A DNA stretch of 64,000 nt. It comes from Candidatus Gottesmanbacteria bacterium. GTDB lineage: Bacteria > Patescibacteriota > Microgenomatia > UBA10105 > UBA927. The stretch spans positions 94,209 through 158,208 of the forward strand of contig CAWEKC010000001.1 of NCBI GenBank assembly GCA_963809665.1, in the 5' to 3' direction. Below are positions 10,475 to 20,513 of this stretch, in pieces (position 1 is the first letter of the stretch; every line of letters starts with the position of its first letter). A program made the translations under genes and the position numbers. The notes beneath the pieces are model-generated. The model had not been told where the DNA came from. It saw only the letters and a program-made list of their open reading frames with translations, and searched no databases.

Positions 10475-11061
10475 AGGGACATTATACTGCGTTTCGTGCG
10501 CGTTTCAACGACACGATCCAATGCGCTTTGAATAAATCCCCGGACAAGAAGTTCCCCGGCACGATGCCGGGATAAACCGCGGGACATAAGATACCAGAGT
10601 TGTTCCGTGTCAACAGGCCCGCTAGCGGCGCCGTGCGTACAGTGCACATCGTCGGTAAGAATTTCAAGTGACGGCCGGCTCCGGGCGTATGCGTTGTCCG
10701 AAAGAAGTAAATTATCATTCCTCTGGTGTGCTATGGTTTTCCGGGCGACCTTCTCAACACGGATACTTCCGTCATACAGGCATTCTGCATGGCCGGACAG
10801 GACGGATTTTACCAGCACGTCGCTTGCGGTATGGGGTGCCTCATGGATCTGTATGGTGCGGACGGATACTTTCTCACTATTACTCCCGATGATAATACCC
10901 GTAACAGCAACTGAAGCCCCTGGCCCCACGAGCCTGACGCCGAGGGTAACCGCAGCGCTGCGTACGTTTACGGAGGCAAAAACTATTGAAAGCTTCGAGC
11001 CTGCTTTAACCGTAAAATTGTGATTATTTTCACCCTCTGTAACTTGTATAAACTTGTGCAT
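10459..11061 (-). CDS. sufD: Fe-S cluster assembly protein SufD, short form (C-terminal beta-helix region only)
   Basis: 200 aa. LLLSDNAYARSRPSLEILTDDVHCTHGAASGPVDTEQLWYLMSRGLSRHRAGELLVRGF matches the SufB/SufD C-terminal core. Placed between sufB and sufS as expected for SufD. Confidence 0.75.
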   Translation of the reverse strand: MHKFIQVTEGENNHNFTVKAGSKLSIVFASVNVRSAAVTLGVRLVGPGASVAVTGIIIGSNSEKVSVRTIQIHEAPHTASDVLVKSVLSGHAECLYDGSIRVEKVARKTIAHQRNDNLLLSDNAYARSRPSLEILTDDVHCTHGAASGPVDTEQLWYLMSRGLSRHRAGELLVRGFIQSALDRVVETRTKRSIMSLWEIT

Positions 11062-11103
11062 ATTTTAGTACAAACTAGTACAAACTAGTATAAACGACTA
11101 CAT

Positions 11104-12468
11104 TTAACCTGTAGAGCCTTCGAGCTCCAGTTCGATCAGCCTGTTCATCTCTACGGCATACTCCAGGGGCAGTTCCTTCACAACCGGCTCGATAAACCCG
11201 TTCACGATCAGTGACTGGGCTGCATCCCTCCCTATCCCGCGGCTTTGTAAATAAAATAGTTGTTCATCACCGATTTTGGATACCGTCGCCTCGTGTTCAA
11301 TCTGAGCATGCCTGCCGTGTATTTTCATGTCCGGATACGTATCGCTGCGGGAGTCCTTATCCAGAATAAGCGCGTCGCAGACTGATTTGCATTTGGCTCC
11401 CTCGGCGTCCTGAGAAATAGAAACCAACCCGCGGAAAGATGTCCGGCCGCCGCCGCGGGAAACGGATTTGGATATGATCCGGGACGACGTCTGCGGGGCG
11501 AGATGAATCATTTTTCCTCCCGCATCCTGATGCTGGCCGGAACCTGCGAACGCCACCGACAGCAACTCCCCGCGGGCACGGCGTCCCGCAAGAATTATGC
11601 CCGGGTATTTCATCGTACATTTGCTGCCGATGTTTCCGTCTACCCATTCCATGATTGCCTCTTCACCGGCCCACGCGCGTTTCGTGACTAAGTTATATAC
11701 ATTCGTACTCCAGTTCTGGATTGTGGTGTAGCGGACCCGTGCACCTTTTTTTACAATTATTTCCACAACGGCTGCGTGCAGAGAATCCGTTGTGTACATG
11801 GGAGCGGTGCATCCTTCGACGTAATGCACGAAACTTCCTTCGTCCGCAATGATGAGCGTCCGCTCAAACTGACCCATGGAGGCGGCGTTAATGCGGAAAT
11901 ACGCGTTTAAAGGAAGTTCAACCCGTACACCTTTGGGGATATACAAAAATGTGCCTCCGCTCCACACGGCGCCGTTTAAGGCTGCAAACTTATTGTCAGT
12001 CACCGGCACGACCGACCCGAAATATTTTTTCACTAATTGCGGATACTCACGGAGGCCTGAATCCATGTCCAAAAACACCACGCCCTTTTTTTCAAGCATA
12101 CGATTGATACTTTTGTACACGACTTCCGATTCATATTGTGCGGAGACTCCGGCAAGGAATTTTTTCTCCGCTTCGGGGACGCCGATTCTGTCGTAGGTAT
12201 TTTTTATTTCCTTCGGTAACGCGTCCCATGAACTGACCGGGTGTTGGGTCGGCTTGAGGTAATAATACAGATTGTCGAAATCCAACCCCGACAAATCACC
12301 GCCCCAGGCAGGTAAAGGTGTCTGTTGAAATATCTTCAACGCGCGCAGGCGCTCTTCATACATCCATTCCGGTTCATTCTTGTGCCGGCTGATATCGGCA
12401 ACGACCTCTTTGCTAAGACCCCGTTTGGATCTGAAGACGTACGTATACCGGTCAGCGGTACTCTTCAT
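11104..12468 (-). CDS. sufB: Fe-S cluster assembly protein SufB
   Basis: 454 aa, SufB family length. [32 protein letters not shown]... Overlaps sufC by 17 nt. Confidence 0.9.
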   Translation of the reverse strand: MKSTADRYTYVFRSKRGLSKEVVADISRHKNEPEWMYEERLRALKIFQQTPLPAWGGDLSGLDFDNLYYYLKPTQHPVSSWDALPKEIKNTYDRIGVPEAEKKFLAGVSAQYESEVVYKSINRMLEKKGVVFLDMDSGLREYPQLVKKYFGSVVPVTDNKFAALNGAVWSGGTFLYIPKGVRVELPLNAYFRINAASMGQFERTLIIADEGSFVHYVEGCTAPMYTTDSLHAAVVEIIVKKGARVRYTTIQNWSTNVYNLVTKRAWAGEEAIMEWVDGNIGSKCTMKYPGIILAGRRARGELLSVAFAGSGQHQDAGGKMIHLAPQTSSRIISKSVSRGGGRTSFRGLVSISQDAEGAKCKSVCDALILDKDSRSDTYPDMKIHGRHAQIEHEATVSKIGDEQLFYLQSRGIGRDAAQSLIVNGFIEPVVKELPLEYAVEMNRLIELELEGSTG

Positions 12469-13252
12469 ACCCCTTTTCCTCCAGAATCTCCGCTAACCCC
12501 GCATTTCCCGTTTTCACTATTTTCCCGTTTACCAAAACATGAACGACATCGGGCTGTATATATTTCAAAATCCGCCGGTAATGGGTAATGATAATTACCC
12601 CGGTTCCGTTTTTGACAAGTATACGTATTGCGTTGGCAACAATTTTCAACGCGTCCACATCAAGACCCGTATCAATTTCATCGAAGACCGCAAACTTGGG
12701 TCTCAGCGTAAGCGCGGTGAGCATTTCTATCTTCTTTTTTTCTCCGCCGGAGAACCCGTCGTTGATGCCGCGGGACAAAAATGACTCATCGATGTGTAAT
12801 TCTTTTGCATATTTTTTCACCATGTCGGTAAATTCCAGAATCGTCATGCCTGCGGCGACCCACCGGCGCGAAAGCAGTGGATTATGACTCACGGTGCGTT
12901 TGGATCGTTTTGTTGCATGAAGCTCCTGATATGCGGACCGTAAGAGCTGTACGACAGAAACACCCGGTACGGCAACCGGGGACTGTAATGCAAGGAACAA
13001 TCCGCGTTTGGCGCGTTCTTCCGTCGGGAGATCTGAAATATCTTTATTGTTCAGTAAAATTTTTGATTTCGTCGAAACGATTTTTACATCGGGGTGTCCC
13101 ATAAGGGCATACGCAAGCGTAGATTTCCCGCTGCCGTTGGGTCCCATCACCGCATGGACTTCACCGCTACCAACGGTGAGCGTGATGCCGCGAAGAATTT
13201 CTTTACCAGCAACAGACGCGTGAATATTAGAGAGAATTAGTGACATGATCAT
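12452..13252 (-). CDS. sufC: Fe-S cluster assembly ATPase SufC
   Basis: Walker [19 protein letters not shown], signature [13 protein letters not shown], Walker [13 protein letters not shown]. Confidence 0.9.
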   Translation of the reverse strand: MIMSLILSNIHASVAGKEILRGITLTVGSGEVHAVMGPNGSGKSTLAYALMGHPDVKIVSTKSKILLNNKDISDLPTEERAKRGLFLALQSPVAVPGVSVVQLLRSAYQELHATKRSKRTVSHNPLLSRRWVAAGMTILEFTDMVKKYAKELHIDESFLSRGINDGFSGGEKKKIEMLTALTLRPKFAVFDEIDTGLDVDALKIVANAIRILVKNGTGVIIITHYRRILKYIQPDVVHVLVNGKIVKTGNAGLAEILEEKGYEEYR

Positions 13253-14012
13253 TTTTCCCCATAAACACTTCCGTCGTGCCGTGCATCCGGAGAATAAAAT
13301 ATTCGTGTTTCAGAAGCGGATTAGTCCGTAGCGACAGGAACCGGTTTACATCTTCCTGTTGGGAAACGTGCGACAGCAGTGCTTTCTTTTTGGCACTACC
13401 GAATTTCATAATGTTTATAACGGTGGTAATATTTTTATCCGGTGTTCCCCGCCAGGGTTTGCCGAACGATTCGGCCGGCAACGTTTTCTTTTTCTGCAAA
13501 TACCGGGCAACGGATTCGGGCATACAGGCATAATAAAGTTTGGGAAACAGCTGTACGGATACTTCCTGATCTTTTAACTGCTCTTCAATCCATGCCGCAT
13601 ATTTCTGGAATGCATATGTGGTTACAAAACACATTTTAATATGGTCAGGGTGATTGCTTATGCCGATTGTGTCCATGGTCACGACCGTGTCCGGCACCAG
13701 TTCTTCCATTTTTTTGTACACTGTATCTTCCAACTCTCCGGGAGTCAGGCTGGACAACGCTGCGTCCCTGTATCCCAAAAACGTAATAGAGTTAATGCCG
13801 AGGGTACTCCCCGCTTTTTGCAGTTCTTTCTGCCGGATATCACCCAATTGGTTTTGGTTAATATCCATGAATGGCCCGTGGCTCCCTTCCTCCCCCCGTG
13901 TGGCGCAGATAAGATCTACTTTCCATCCGGCTGCGACGTATTTTGCAACGGTTCCCCCGCAACTGAAAGACTCATCGTCCGGATGCGCAAAAACCAGTAA
14001 CAAGCGTTTCAT
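13227..14012 (-). CDS. PIG-L/LmbE family N-acetylglucosaminyl deacetylase
   Basis: N-terminal VFAHPDDESFSCGGTVAKY (AHPDDE zinc-binding motif), HPDH further on. Overlaps sufC start by 26 nt. Confidence 0.8.
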   Translation of the reverse strand: MKRLLLVFAHPDDESFSCGGTVAKYVAAGWKVDLICATRGEEGSHGPFMDINQNQLGDIRQKELQKAGSTLGINSITFLGYRDAALSSLTPGELEDTVYKKMEELVPDTVVTMDTIGISNHPDHIKMCFVTTYAFQKYAAWIEEQLKDQEVSVQLFPKLYYACMPESVARYLQKKKTLPAESFGKPWRGTPDKNITTVINIMKFGSAKKKALLSHVSQQEDVNRFLSLRTNPLLKHEYFILRMHGTTEVFMGKNDHVTNSL

Positions 14013-14061
14013 AGTCCATATAGTATCACAATTTGTATGTGATACACTTTACCTAGGGGTG

Positions 14062-14262
14062 ATGAAAATGAAATTAATTAAAACTGCAAGGAAATACCTT
14101 CGTGCTCATTCTGACTTCAACGGGCTCATCTTTTTGCTGTTCGGTGTCGGAATCGGCGTCCTGATAACATATCCGTTTGCGGGAATTCATCCGGTTCGCT
14201 TCGGATTCCTGTTTCTTGCACTTGGGATTTTGGGATACATCTGGGCGGCTACACAACGTTAA
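14062..14262 (+). CDS. small two-TM membrane protein (66 aa)
   Basis: MKMKLIKTARKYLRAHSDFNGLIFLLFGVGIGVLITYPFAGIHPVRFGFLFLALGILGYIWAATQR. AGGGG just upstream. Divergent from the PIG-L gene. The long 202-aa track ORF is mostly antisense to PIG-L. Confidence 0.4.
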   Translation: MKMKLIKTARKYLRAHSDFNGLIFLLFGVGIGVLITYPFAGIHPVRFGFLFLALGILGYIWAATQR

Positions 14263-14807
14263 CGGCTATAGACACCCACCAGAAGCGATTCCATCATGAC
14301 ATGGCCGTGCATTGCCTTTTCCACATCCGCTTTCGTCGCTTTGCCGTCCAATCCCAGCTTTGCATCCAGCGCATACAGCGTAAAGAAATACCTGTGTTGG
14401 CCGCTCGGCGGGCACGGCGGCGTATATCCCACAACTCCTGCTGAATTTGTGCCTTCCTGAGACTCAACCGGCGTCGCACCTTCTGCAACCGTATTCGTAT
14501 CGGTATGAATGTTCCAGATAACCCAGTGTGTAAAGGTCCCGCTGGGTGCGTCGGGATCATCGACTATGAGAGCGAGTGATTTAGCCGAAGACGGGACGCC
14601 GGATATGGAAAGCGGCGGATGTGCTTTGCGACCGTCACAGGTGAATTGAACGGGAATTTTCTGATAATTTTCAAACGCAGGACTTATAAGCTTCATACCT
14701 ATCTGTACCGCCGGTATGACCGGGGTGAGTGCCGGGCGGAAAATATAATATACGCCTAATGCAACTATACAAAGTATACCACCGGCGATCAGTATGCTTC
14801 TCTTCAC
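14259..14807 (-). CDS. YbhB/YbcL family phosphatidylethanolamine-binding (PEBP/RKIP-like) protein
   Basis: VDDPDAPSGTFTHWVIWNI ... PPSGQHRYFFTLYALD are canonical bacterial PEBP motifs. N-terminal signal anchor. Confidence 0.85.
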   Translation of the reverse strand: MKRSILIAGGILCIVALGVYYIFRPALTPVIPAVQIGMKLISPAFENYQKIPVQFTCDGRKAHPPLSISGVPSSAKSLALIVDDPDAPSGTFTHWVIWNIHTDTNTVAEGATPVESQEGTNSAGVVGYTPPCPPSGQHRYFFTLYALDAKLGLDGKATKADVEKAMHGHVMMESLLVGVYSR

Positions 14808-15550
14808 AATTGTATCTTAGAAAACAGGTAGCTCCCGATTGCCAGAACGACAAGGGTCATAACCGCCAACACGCCGAAATCCGTCGCGAGACCGAAATGG
14901 GAAATACCCTCGAGCGCCCCGCGCATACCGTCGACGCCATATGATAACGGATCAATGGAGATAATAACCTTGAGTACTCCGGGCAGGTTATCCAGAGGAA
15001 ACAGCGCACCGGAAAGGAAAAAAAGCGGCATGATAAGAAAATTCATAATCAGCTGGAATCCCTGCATATCCTCCAACACCGACGCAATCGCGGTACCTAC
15101 CGCGGTGAATAGCATCGCGGTAAGGAACATAAAAACGAATGCAAGACCCAGACCCCCCCAACTTGACGGACGGAACCCTGCAAAGAACGAAAGCGCAAAT
15201 ACGATCACGCCCTGTATCATGGCAACGGTCGCGCCTCCCAGCGTCCGGCCGATCATAATTTCATACCGTGAAACCGGAGCAACCAACGTTTCTTTAAGAA
15301 AACCAAACTGCCGGTCCCAGATAATTTCTATACCGGAAAATACTGCAGTAAACAGTACACTCATGGCCACAATACCCGGCACGAGGAACTGGATATAGTT
15401 CCCCTGCCCTGCTTTCTGGAAAACCGGTCCGAGCCCGAATCCTAATGCCACTAAAAATAAAATCGGCTGCCCCAAAGACCCGATGATCCTGGAACGGCTG
15501 CGGAAGTACCGCTTAAGCTGACGAATCCATAAAATATAAATTGTATTCAT
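14804..15550 (-). CDS. ABC-2 type transporter permease
   Basis: 248 aa, 6 TM, ABC-2 family layout. Co-oriented with, and 7 nt from, the upstream ATPase gene. Confidence 0.75.
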   Translation of the reverse strand: MNTIYILWIRQLKRYFRSRSRIIGSLGQPILFLVALGFGLGPVFQKAGQGNYIQFLVPGIVAMSVLFTAVFSGIEIIWDRQFGFLKETLVAPVSRYEIMIGRTLGGATVAMIQGVIVFALSFFAGFRPSSWGGLGLAFVFMFLTAMLFTAVGTAIASVLEDMQGFQLIMNFLIMPLFFLSGALFPLDNLPGVLKVIISIDPLSYGVDGMRGALEGISHFGLATDFGVLAVMTLVVLAIGSYLFSKIQL

Positions 15551-15556
15551 AAATAG

Positions 15557-16360
15557 TTAATGCCGCCACATCCGGCGATTCTGCCGCATATGGTCGGCGG
15601 CAGACGCTTCTTCATCACGTATGGCATGCCCCGTATATTTGAGAAACGCCTCTTCGAGCGTTGCGGTTTTTGTTTTCTTTTTCAGTTCGTCCGGCGTACC
15701 GCTTGCAACGATCTTTCCGTGGTCAATGACGATAATACGCGCGGCAACTTTTTCCGCCTCTTCGATATAATGGGTAGTAAAAAATATGGTGATATGTTCT
15801 TTTTGGTTCAGATTGAGGACGTAGTCCCACATATGATTTCTCGTTTGCGGGTCCAGACCGATCGTCGGCTCATCCAGGAAAAATATCCTCGGGTGATGCA
15901 GGAGTCCGCGCGCAATCTCAAGACGCCGCTTCATACCGCCGGAAAATGTTTTTACCAATGCGTTTTTCCGGTCCCACAGTTCCACAAATTTCATGAGTTC
16001 CTCAATCCGCGACCGCCGGATTTGTTTGGGTACGCTGTACAATACCCCGTGGAATTCCAGGTTTTCCCATGCAGTGAGTTCATCATCCAGACTCGGATCC
16101 TGGAATACGATACCGAAGGTACGGCGGGCATCTTCCTGATTCGCAATAACGTCGCTGCCGTTGAGGTGAACCGCTCCGGTTGTAGGAGCCAGAAGCGTGG
16201 TGAGCATTTTAATCGTTGTTGTTTTTCCGGCTCCGTTAGGCCCCAAAAAAGCAACAATCTCCCCTTTTCCGACAGTGAAGGAAATATCTTTTACAGCAGT
16301 AAAATCACCGAATTTCTTCGTCAGATGGTCAACGGATATAATCGTATCTTTCATACACAA
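15557..16360 (-). CDS. ABC transporter ATP-binding protein (ABC-2 exporter type)
   Basis: Walker A GPNGAGKTTTIKML, signature FSGGMKRRLEIARGL, Walker B FFLDEPTIGLD. Confidence 0.85.
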   Translation of the reverse strand: MCMKDTIISVDHLTKKFGDFTAVKDISFTVGKGEIVAFLGPNGAGKTTTIKMLTTLLAPTTGAVHLNGSDVIANQEDARRTFGIVFQDPSLDDELTAWENLEFHGVLYSVPKQIRRSRIEELMKFVELWDRKNALVKTFSGGMKRRLEIARGLLHHPRIFFLDEPTIGLDPQTRNHMWDYVLNLNQKEHITIFFTTHYIEEAEKVAARIIVIDHGKIVASGTPDELKKKTKTATLEEAFLKYTGHAIRDEEASAADHMRQNRRMWRH

Positions 16361-16478
16361 GAATATTTATTATACATCATTTTAAAAAGATTTCAGCATG
16401 ATGGGAAAACCTATTTTTATCTAATTACCGCGTAAGAACGTGTATATTTGATTAAATACGTTATAATAACGTCCATAT

Positions 16479-17852
16479 ATGGCGAAAGAACGACCCGTAC
16501 GAAAAATTAATTCTTCAGCAAAGTCTCAGAATCATGACCTACACTTAACACATATGTCTCCTAAAGACCGAGCTGTTGCTGCTAAAAACTGGTTTTTTGC
16601 CAGATCACTGATTGTCAAAATCATTATAGTTATTGCGGTACTGGGAATCGGCTGGTTCGCAATTTCGAAATTCCGGGGCAATAGCGCAAAAACAACCTAT
16701 CAAACGGAGACGGTAACAAAAGGTACGCTTATCGTAACCGTGACGGCATCGGGAAATGTATCAAGCGCCAATAGCGCGGTTGTCAACACACAAGCGTCCG
16801 GAGTCGTGTCCCAAATCTTCGTGAAAAACGGCGACCAGGTTACATCCGGCACTGCGATAGCACAGGTTGACCTTGATATGAACGGAAAACAACGGGCTGA
16901 CCAGGCGTTGGCCTCGTATCAGAGCGCACAGAACCAGGTAAACAGCGCTCAGGCGAATATGTATTCGCTGCAATCAGCATTGTTCTCTAAATGGAAAATC
17001 TATACGGACATTGCGGAAAATTCCACATACCAAAATCCGGACGGGAGCGCGAATACAAGTAACCGGACACTCACACAGTTTACGACCGTACAGGATGACT
17101 GGCTCGCGGCCGAAGCGCAATATAAAAACCAGCAGGGCGTCGTAGCTGCCGCCCAAACATCGCTTTCAAGTGCCTGGGCGAATTACCAGCAAACGTCCCC
17201 GACAATTTATGCACCGATTACAGGTACTATCAGCGGACTGTCATTCCAGGTGGGATCGGTACTTACCGCACAGACCAGTTCAACAGGAACATCAACTAGC
17301 CAGCGTATTGCCAACATCAAAACATCGGCTGCGCCGGTGGCCATCGTCGATTTAAACGAGGTTGACGTACCAAAAGTCGTGGTAGGAGACAAAGCAACCC
17401 TGACGATGGATGCATTCCCCAATGAAACCTTTACGGGAAAAATCGTCAGCATCGATACCACCGGCTCCGTCTCATCCGGAGTAACAACATATCCGGCATA
17501 TATCAACTACGATTCTGCAATCGACGGAATTTATCCCAATATGGCGGTGGACGCAAGTATAATAACGACGGTAAAGGATAATGTTGTCCTCGTCCCGAAC
17601 GCTGCAGTCCAGACATCCACAAGCGGCCAGACGACCGTCCGCATAATGAAAAACGGACAGGTGAATACCGTTGATATCACCACCGGAGCAAGCAATGACA
17701 CGCAAACCGAAATTGTTTCAGGGGTCACAGAGGGCGATACCGTCGTCACCGGTGTAACGACCACGGGTACTACCGGCACATCAACGTCTCCGTTCAGCTC
17801 GTTCGGAGGCGGAGGAGGCGGAGGTTTCCGCGCGGTATCAGGAGGCCGGTAA
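16479..17852 (+). CDS. HlyD/MacA family periplasmic adaptor (membrane fusion protein)
   Basis: N-terminal TM anchor, long coiled-coil (QALASYQSAQNQVNSAQANMYSLQSAL...), lipoyl/beta-barrel segments. C-terminal Thr/Gly-rich tail ending GGGGGGG. Precedes MacB-like ATPase and FtsX permease. Confidence 0.75.
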   Translation: MAKERPVRKINSSAKSQNHDLHLTHMSPKDRAVAAKNWFFARSLIVKIIIVIAVLGIGWFAISKFRGNSAKTTYQTETVTKGTLIVTVTASGNVSSANSAVVNTQASGVVSQIFVKNGDQVTSGTAIAQVDLDMNGKQRADQALASYQSAQNQVNSAQANMYSLQSALFSKWKIYTDIAENSTYQNPDGSANTSNRTLTQFTTVQDDWLAAEAQYKNQQGVVAAAQTSLSSAWANYQQTSPTIYAPITGTISGLSFQVGSVLTAQTSSTGTSTSQRIANIKTSAAPVAIVDLNEVDVPKVVVGDKATLTMDAFPNETFTGKIVSIDTTGSVSSGVTTYPAYINYDSAIDGIYPNMAVDASIITTVKDNVVLVPNAAVQTSTSGQTTVRIMKNGQVNTVDITTGASNDTQTEIVSGVTEGDTVVTGVTTTGTTGTSTSPFSSFGGGGGGGFRAVSGGR

Positions 17853-17854
17853 AT

Positions 17855-18586
17855 ATGGCCACCCCAAAACCTATTATTCAGGTTACCCACCTGTCAAAGG
17901 TATATACAACTGAATCCGTTGAAACTACGGCGGTTGATGACGTTTCTTTTACGATTAAAAAAGGTGAATTTGTCGCCATTATGGGACCTTCGGGATCGGG
18001 AAAATCCACGCTTATGCATATCCTGGGGGCGCTGGACCGTCCGACAAGCGGCACGTATATTCTCGACGGGGAAAATGTGGAGAATCTTTCTGATGATCAA
18101 CTCGCGGATATCCGGAATAAAAAAATCGGTTTCGTATTCCAGGCGTTTAATCTGCTTCCCCGTACGACGACCATGAAGAATGTCATGCTGCCGATGATGT
18201 ATGCAGGAGTACCGAAGGCGGAGCGTCAGGAAACAGCAAAAAAATTTCTTGAAATGGTAGGACTGGGCAACCGGCTCTATCACACCTCCAACCAAATCTC
18301 CGGAGGCCAGCAGCAGCGGGTCGCTATCGCACGTGCACTGGTTCTAAATCCGGCACTCCTTCTTGCCGATGAACCGACCGGCAATATTGCAACCACACAG
18401 GCAGAAGAAATAATGGCTATTTTCCAGAAGTTAAATAGTGAGGGACATACGATCGTCATGATTACGCATGAACCGGATATCGCCGAACATGCTAAGCGTG
18501 TGATATACGTCCGTGACGGAAAAATAGTGAAAGACGGAGACGGACATACACAGCGAAAGGCACGGTTTACCTATGGAACTGACTGA
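17855..18586 (+). CDS. MacB/LolD-type ABC transporter ATP-binding protein
   Basis: GPSGSGKSTLMHILGALDRPTSG, ISGGQQQRVAIARAL, LLLADEPTGN. Confidence 0.9.
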   Translation: MATPKPIIQVTHLSKVYTTESVETTAVDDVSFTIKKGEFVAIMGPSGSGKSTLMHILGALDRPTSGTYILDGENVENLSDDQLADIRNKKIGFVFQAFNLLPRTTTMKNVMLPMMYAGVPKAERQETAKKFLEMVGLGNRLYHTSNQISGGQQQRVAIARALVLNPALLLADEPTGNIATTQAEEIMAIFQKLNSEGHTIVMITHEPDIAEHAKRVIYVRDGKIVKDGDGHTQRKARFTYGTD

Positions 18587-19796
18587 ACTCATAGTCGAAA
18601 GTCTGCAAACTCTGAGAACTAATACACTCCGGACCGGTTTGGCAATTTTGGGTATTGTTATCGGTATCGGCAGCGTGATCGCCCTCGTTTCCCTGGGTGA
18701 GGCAACCCAAGCGTCAGTACAAAGCCAAATCCAGTCGCTCGGCGCAAATCTTCTGACGGTCCAGCCGTCCGCCCAAAGAACCGGTGCGGTCCAGGGCGCT
18801 TTCGGCGGGGGCACATCACTCACGCTCTCCGATGCCAAGGCAATCGAAACTTCATCACAGATAACACTCATCCAAAACGTTTCTCCGGAATTAAGCAGAC
18901 GCACACAAGTAACGACGGGTACCAAGAACACCAATACACAAATCATCGGTGTGACACCGGCATATGAAACCGTTCATAAAGTGACGGTTGAATCCGGTTC
19001 TTTTATAACGACCCGTGATGTTGACGGAATTACCAAGGTTGCCGTCATCGGCCCTCAGGTGGTCACGGATCTCTTCGGCGCCGGCACGGCACCTATCGGC
19101 CAGACTATACGCATAAGCGGACAAACATTCAGGATTGTCGGTATTACCCAGTCCAAAGGCGGATCGGGATTCCAAAACCAGGACGATCTCATATATGTTC
19201 CTCTCACCGTTGCGCAAAAACAGCTCTTCGGCGTCGATTATTTAAGTTCCATAGCGCTTGAGGCAAAAAGTTCCGATGTAATGACCCAGGCTCAAAATCA
19301 GGTCGGATATTTTCTTTTGGCACGGCATAAATTTAACACTCCCGCTCAGGCGGATTTCTCGATATTTTCCCAGCAGGATATCCTCAACACCGCAAGTTCT
19401 ATAACAGGGACATTCACATCATTATTGTCCGGCATTGCTGCAATTTCACTCATTGTCGGCGGTATAGGAATTATGAACATCATGCTTGTCACCGTAACGG
19501 AACGGACGCGGGAAATAGGTTTACGGAAAGCCCTGGGCGCCAAAAAACGGACAATAACAGCTCAATTCTTGATGGAATCCATCATGCTCACGTTTGCGGG
19601 AGGAAGTATCGGTATCATTCTGGGTATTTTAACTTCTTATATTCTCTCCAGAATCGTCGGGTTCGGTTTTGTTATGTCATTTTACGCAATCGGCCTGGCA
19701 TTTGTCGTGTCCGCAGCAATCGGTATTCTTTTCGGCTGGTACCCTGCTAAAAAAGCCTCGGATTTACAACCCATCGAAGCACTGCGGTATGAGTAA
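18573..19796 (+). CDS. MacB/FtsX-family ABC transporter permease
   Basis: 407 aa. N-terminal TM, large periplasmic domain, C-terminal FtsX 3-TM bundle (GIGIMNIMLVTVTERTREIGLRKALGA). Overlaps the ATPase gene by 14 nt. Confidence 0.85.
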   Translation: MELTELIVESLQTLRTNTLRTGLAILGIVIGIGSVIALVSLGEATQASVQSQIQSLGANLLTVQPSAQRTGAVQGAFGGGTSLTLSDAKAIETSSQITLIQNVSPELSRRTQVTTGTKNTNTQIIGVTPAYETVHKVTVESGSFITTRDVDGITKVAVIGPQVVTDLFGAGTAPIGQTIRISGQTFRIVGITQSKGGSGFQNQDDLIYVPLTVAQKQLFGVDYLSSIALEAKSSDVMTQAQNQVGYFLLARHKFNTPAQADFSIFSQQDILNTASSITGTFTSLLSGIAAISLIVGGIGIMNIMLVTVTERTREIGLRKALGAKKRTITAQFLMESIMLTFAGGSIGIILGILTSYILSRIVGFGFVMSFYAIGLAFVVSAAIGILFGWYPAKKASDLQPIEALRYE

Positions 19797-19809
19797 TTGT
19801 TTTTTTGTC

Positions 19810-19830
19810 ATCCCCGACTCGATCGGGGAT
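19810..19830. repeat. GC-rich palindromic hairpin ATCCCCGA-CTCGA-TCGGGGAT (intergenic, after the FtsX permease gene)
   Basis: 8-bp perfect stem. The TTTTTTT tract is upstream rather than downstream. Related in sequence to the hairpins at 20482 and 54287. Confidence 0.45.
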
Positions 19831-19876
19831 CTGCCTTTCAGTCAATCCTCAGATAATTTCAATAATATGTATGTAA

Positions 19877-20359
19877 ATGAAAGGTGGTGATATAGATATA
19901 AAAAATAATTTTGTTTTAATTATTATTCTCTCACTCCTTGTCGGTGGCGGTATTGGTTTCTTCGGCGGAATGCAATACCAAAAAGGTCAACGATCTGCGG
20001 CATTTGGACAGTTTACAAACGGCCAATTCGGAGCCCGCGCAGGTACCGGCGCGCTAGGACTGCGCGGGAGGAATGGGAACGGAGCCGTGGGAACGATTCT
20101 GAGTGCCGATGCCAATTCCATAACGGTCAAGCTCGCCGAAGGCGGCTCAAAAATAGTTTTGTTAACAGCTTCCACATCATTCAATAAAGCAACAGCGGCA
20201 ACGGCAGGTGATCTTGCTGTAGGCGGGACTGTCGCTGCATTCGGTACGGAAAATTCAGACGGAAGTATAACGGCAAGTAATGTTCAGTTAAATCCGCAGA
20301 TGCGTGGCCCGAACGGACCAAGTGGTTCAAGCGGAGCAAGCGGCGCGGCAACACCGTAA
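19877..20359 (+). CDS. hypothetical signal-anchored secreted protein (Gly/Ala-rich beta domain)
   Basis: 160 aa. N-terminal TM (FVLIIILSLLVGGGIGFFGG). Central region GTILSADANSITVKLAEGGSKIVLLTASTSFNKA...VAAFGTENSDGSITASNVQL resembles a small beta-barrel domain seen in DUF5666-like proteins. Follows the MacAB-FtsX genes. Confidence 0.4.
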   Translation: MKGGDIDIKNNFVLIIILSLLVGGGIGFFGGMQYQKGQRSAAFGQFTNGQFGARAGTGALGLRGRNGNGAVGTILSADANSITVKLAEGGSKIVLLTASTSFNKATAATAGDLAVGGTVAAFGTENSDGSITASNVQLNPQMRGPNGPSGSSGASGAATP

Positions 20360-20481
20360 GCATTTTCTCAGTTAAAGGTAGTAGTCTACCTTTGCTCCAC
20401 GTTCTTTTGAGCAGCATGAACGGACGCTTTGAAAGTATGTGAAGCGATCCGATAGTAAAGATGTATCGTGATCAAAGATGG

Positions 20482-20500
20482 CCCCGACGTAACGTCGGGG
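20482..20500. repeat. GC-rich palindromic hairpin CCCCGACG-TAA-CGTCGGGG (terminator-like)
   Basis: Perfect 8-bp stem followed by TTGTCGTATTTT on +. Lies between the convergent 19877..20359 (+) and SDR (-) genes. Confidence 0.5.
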
Positions 20501-20513
20501 TTGTCGTATTTTC

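Noticed and set aside
15560-16435. 291-aa plus-strand ORF
   Set aside because: It is antisense to the ABC ATPase gene, which has unambiguous Walker A/signature/Walker B motifs. It has no motifs and is an artefact of the open antisense frame.
17531-17890. 119-aa minus-strand ORF with a PPPPPPPP run
   Set aside because: It is antisense to the HlyD gene. The poly-Pro is the reverse reading of the GGAGGCGGAGGAGGC codons that encode the C-terminal Gly run of HlyD.
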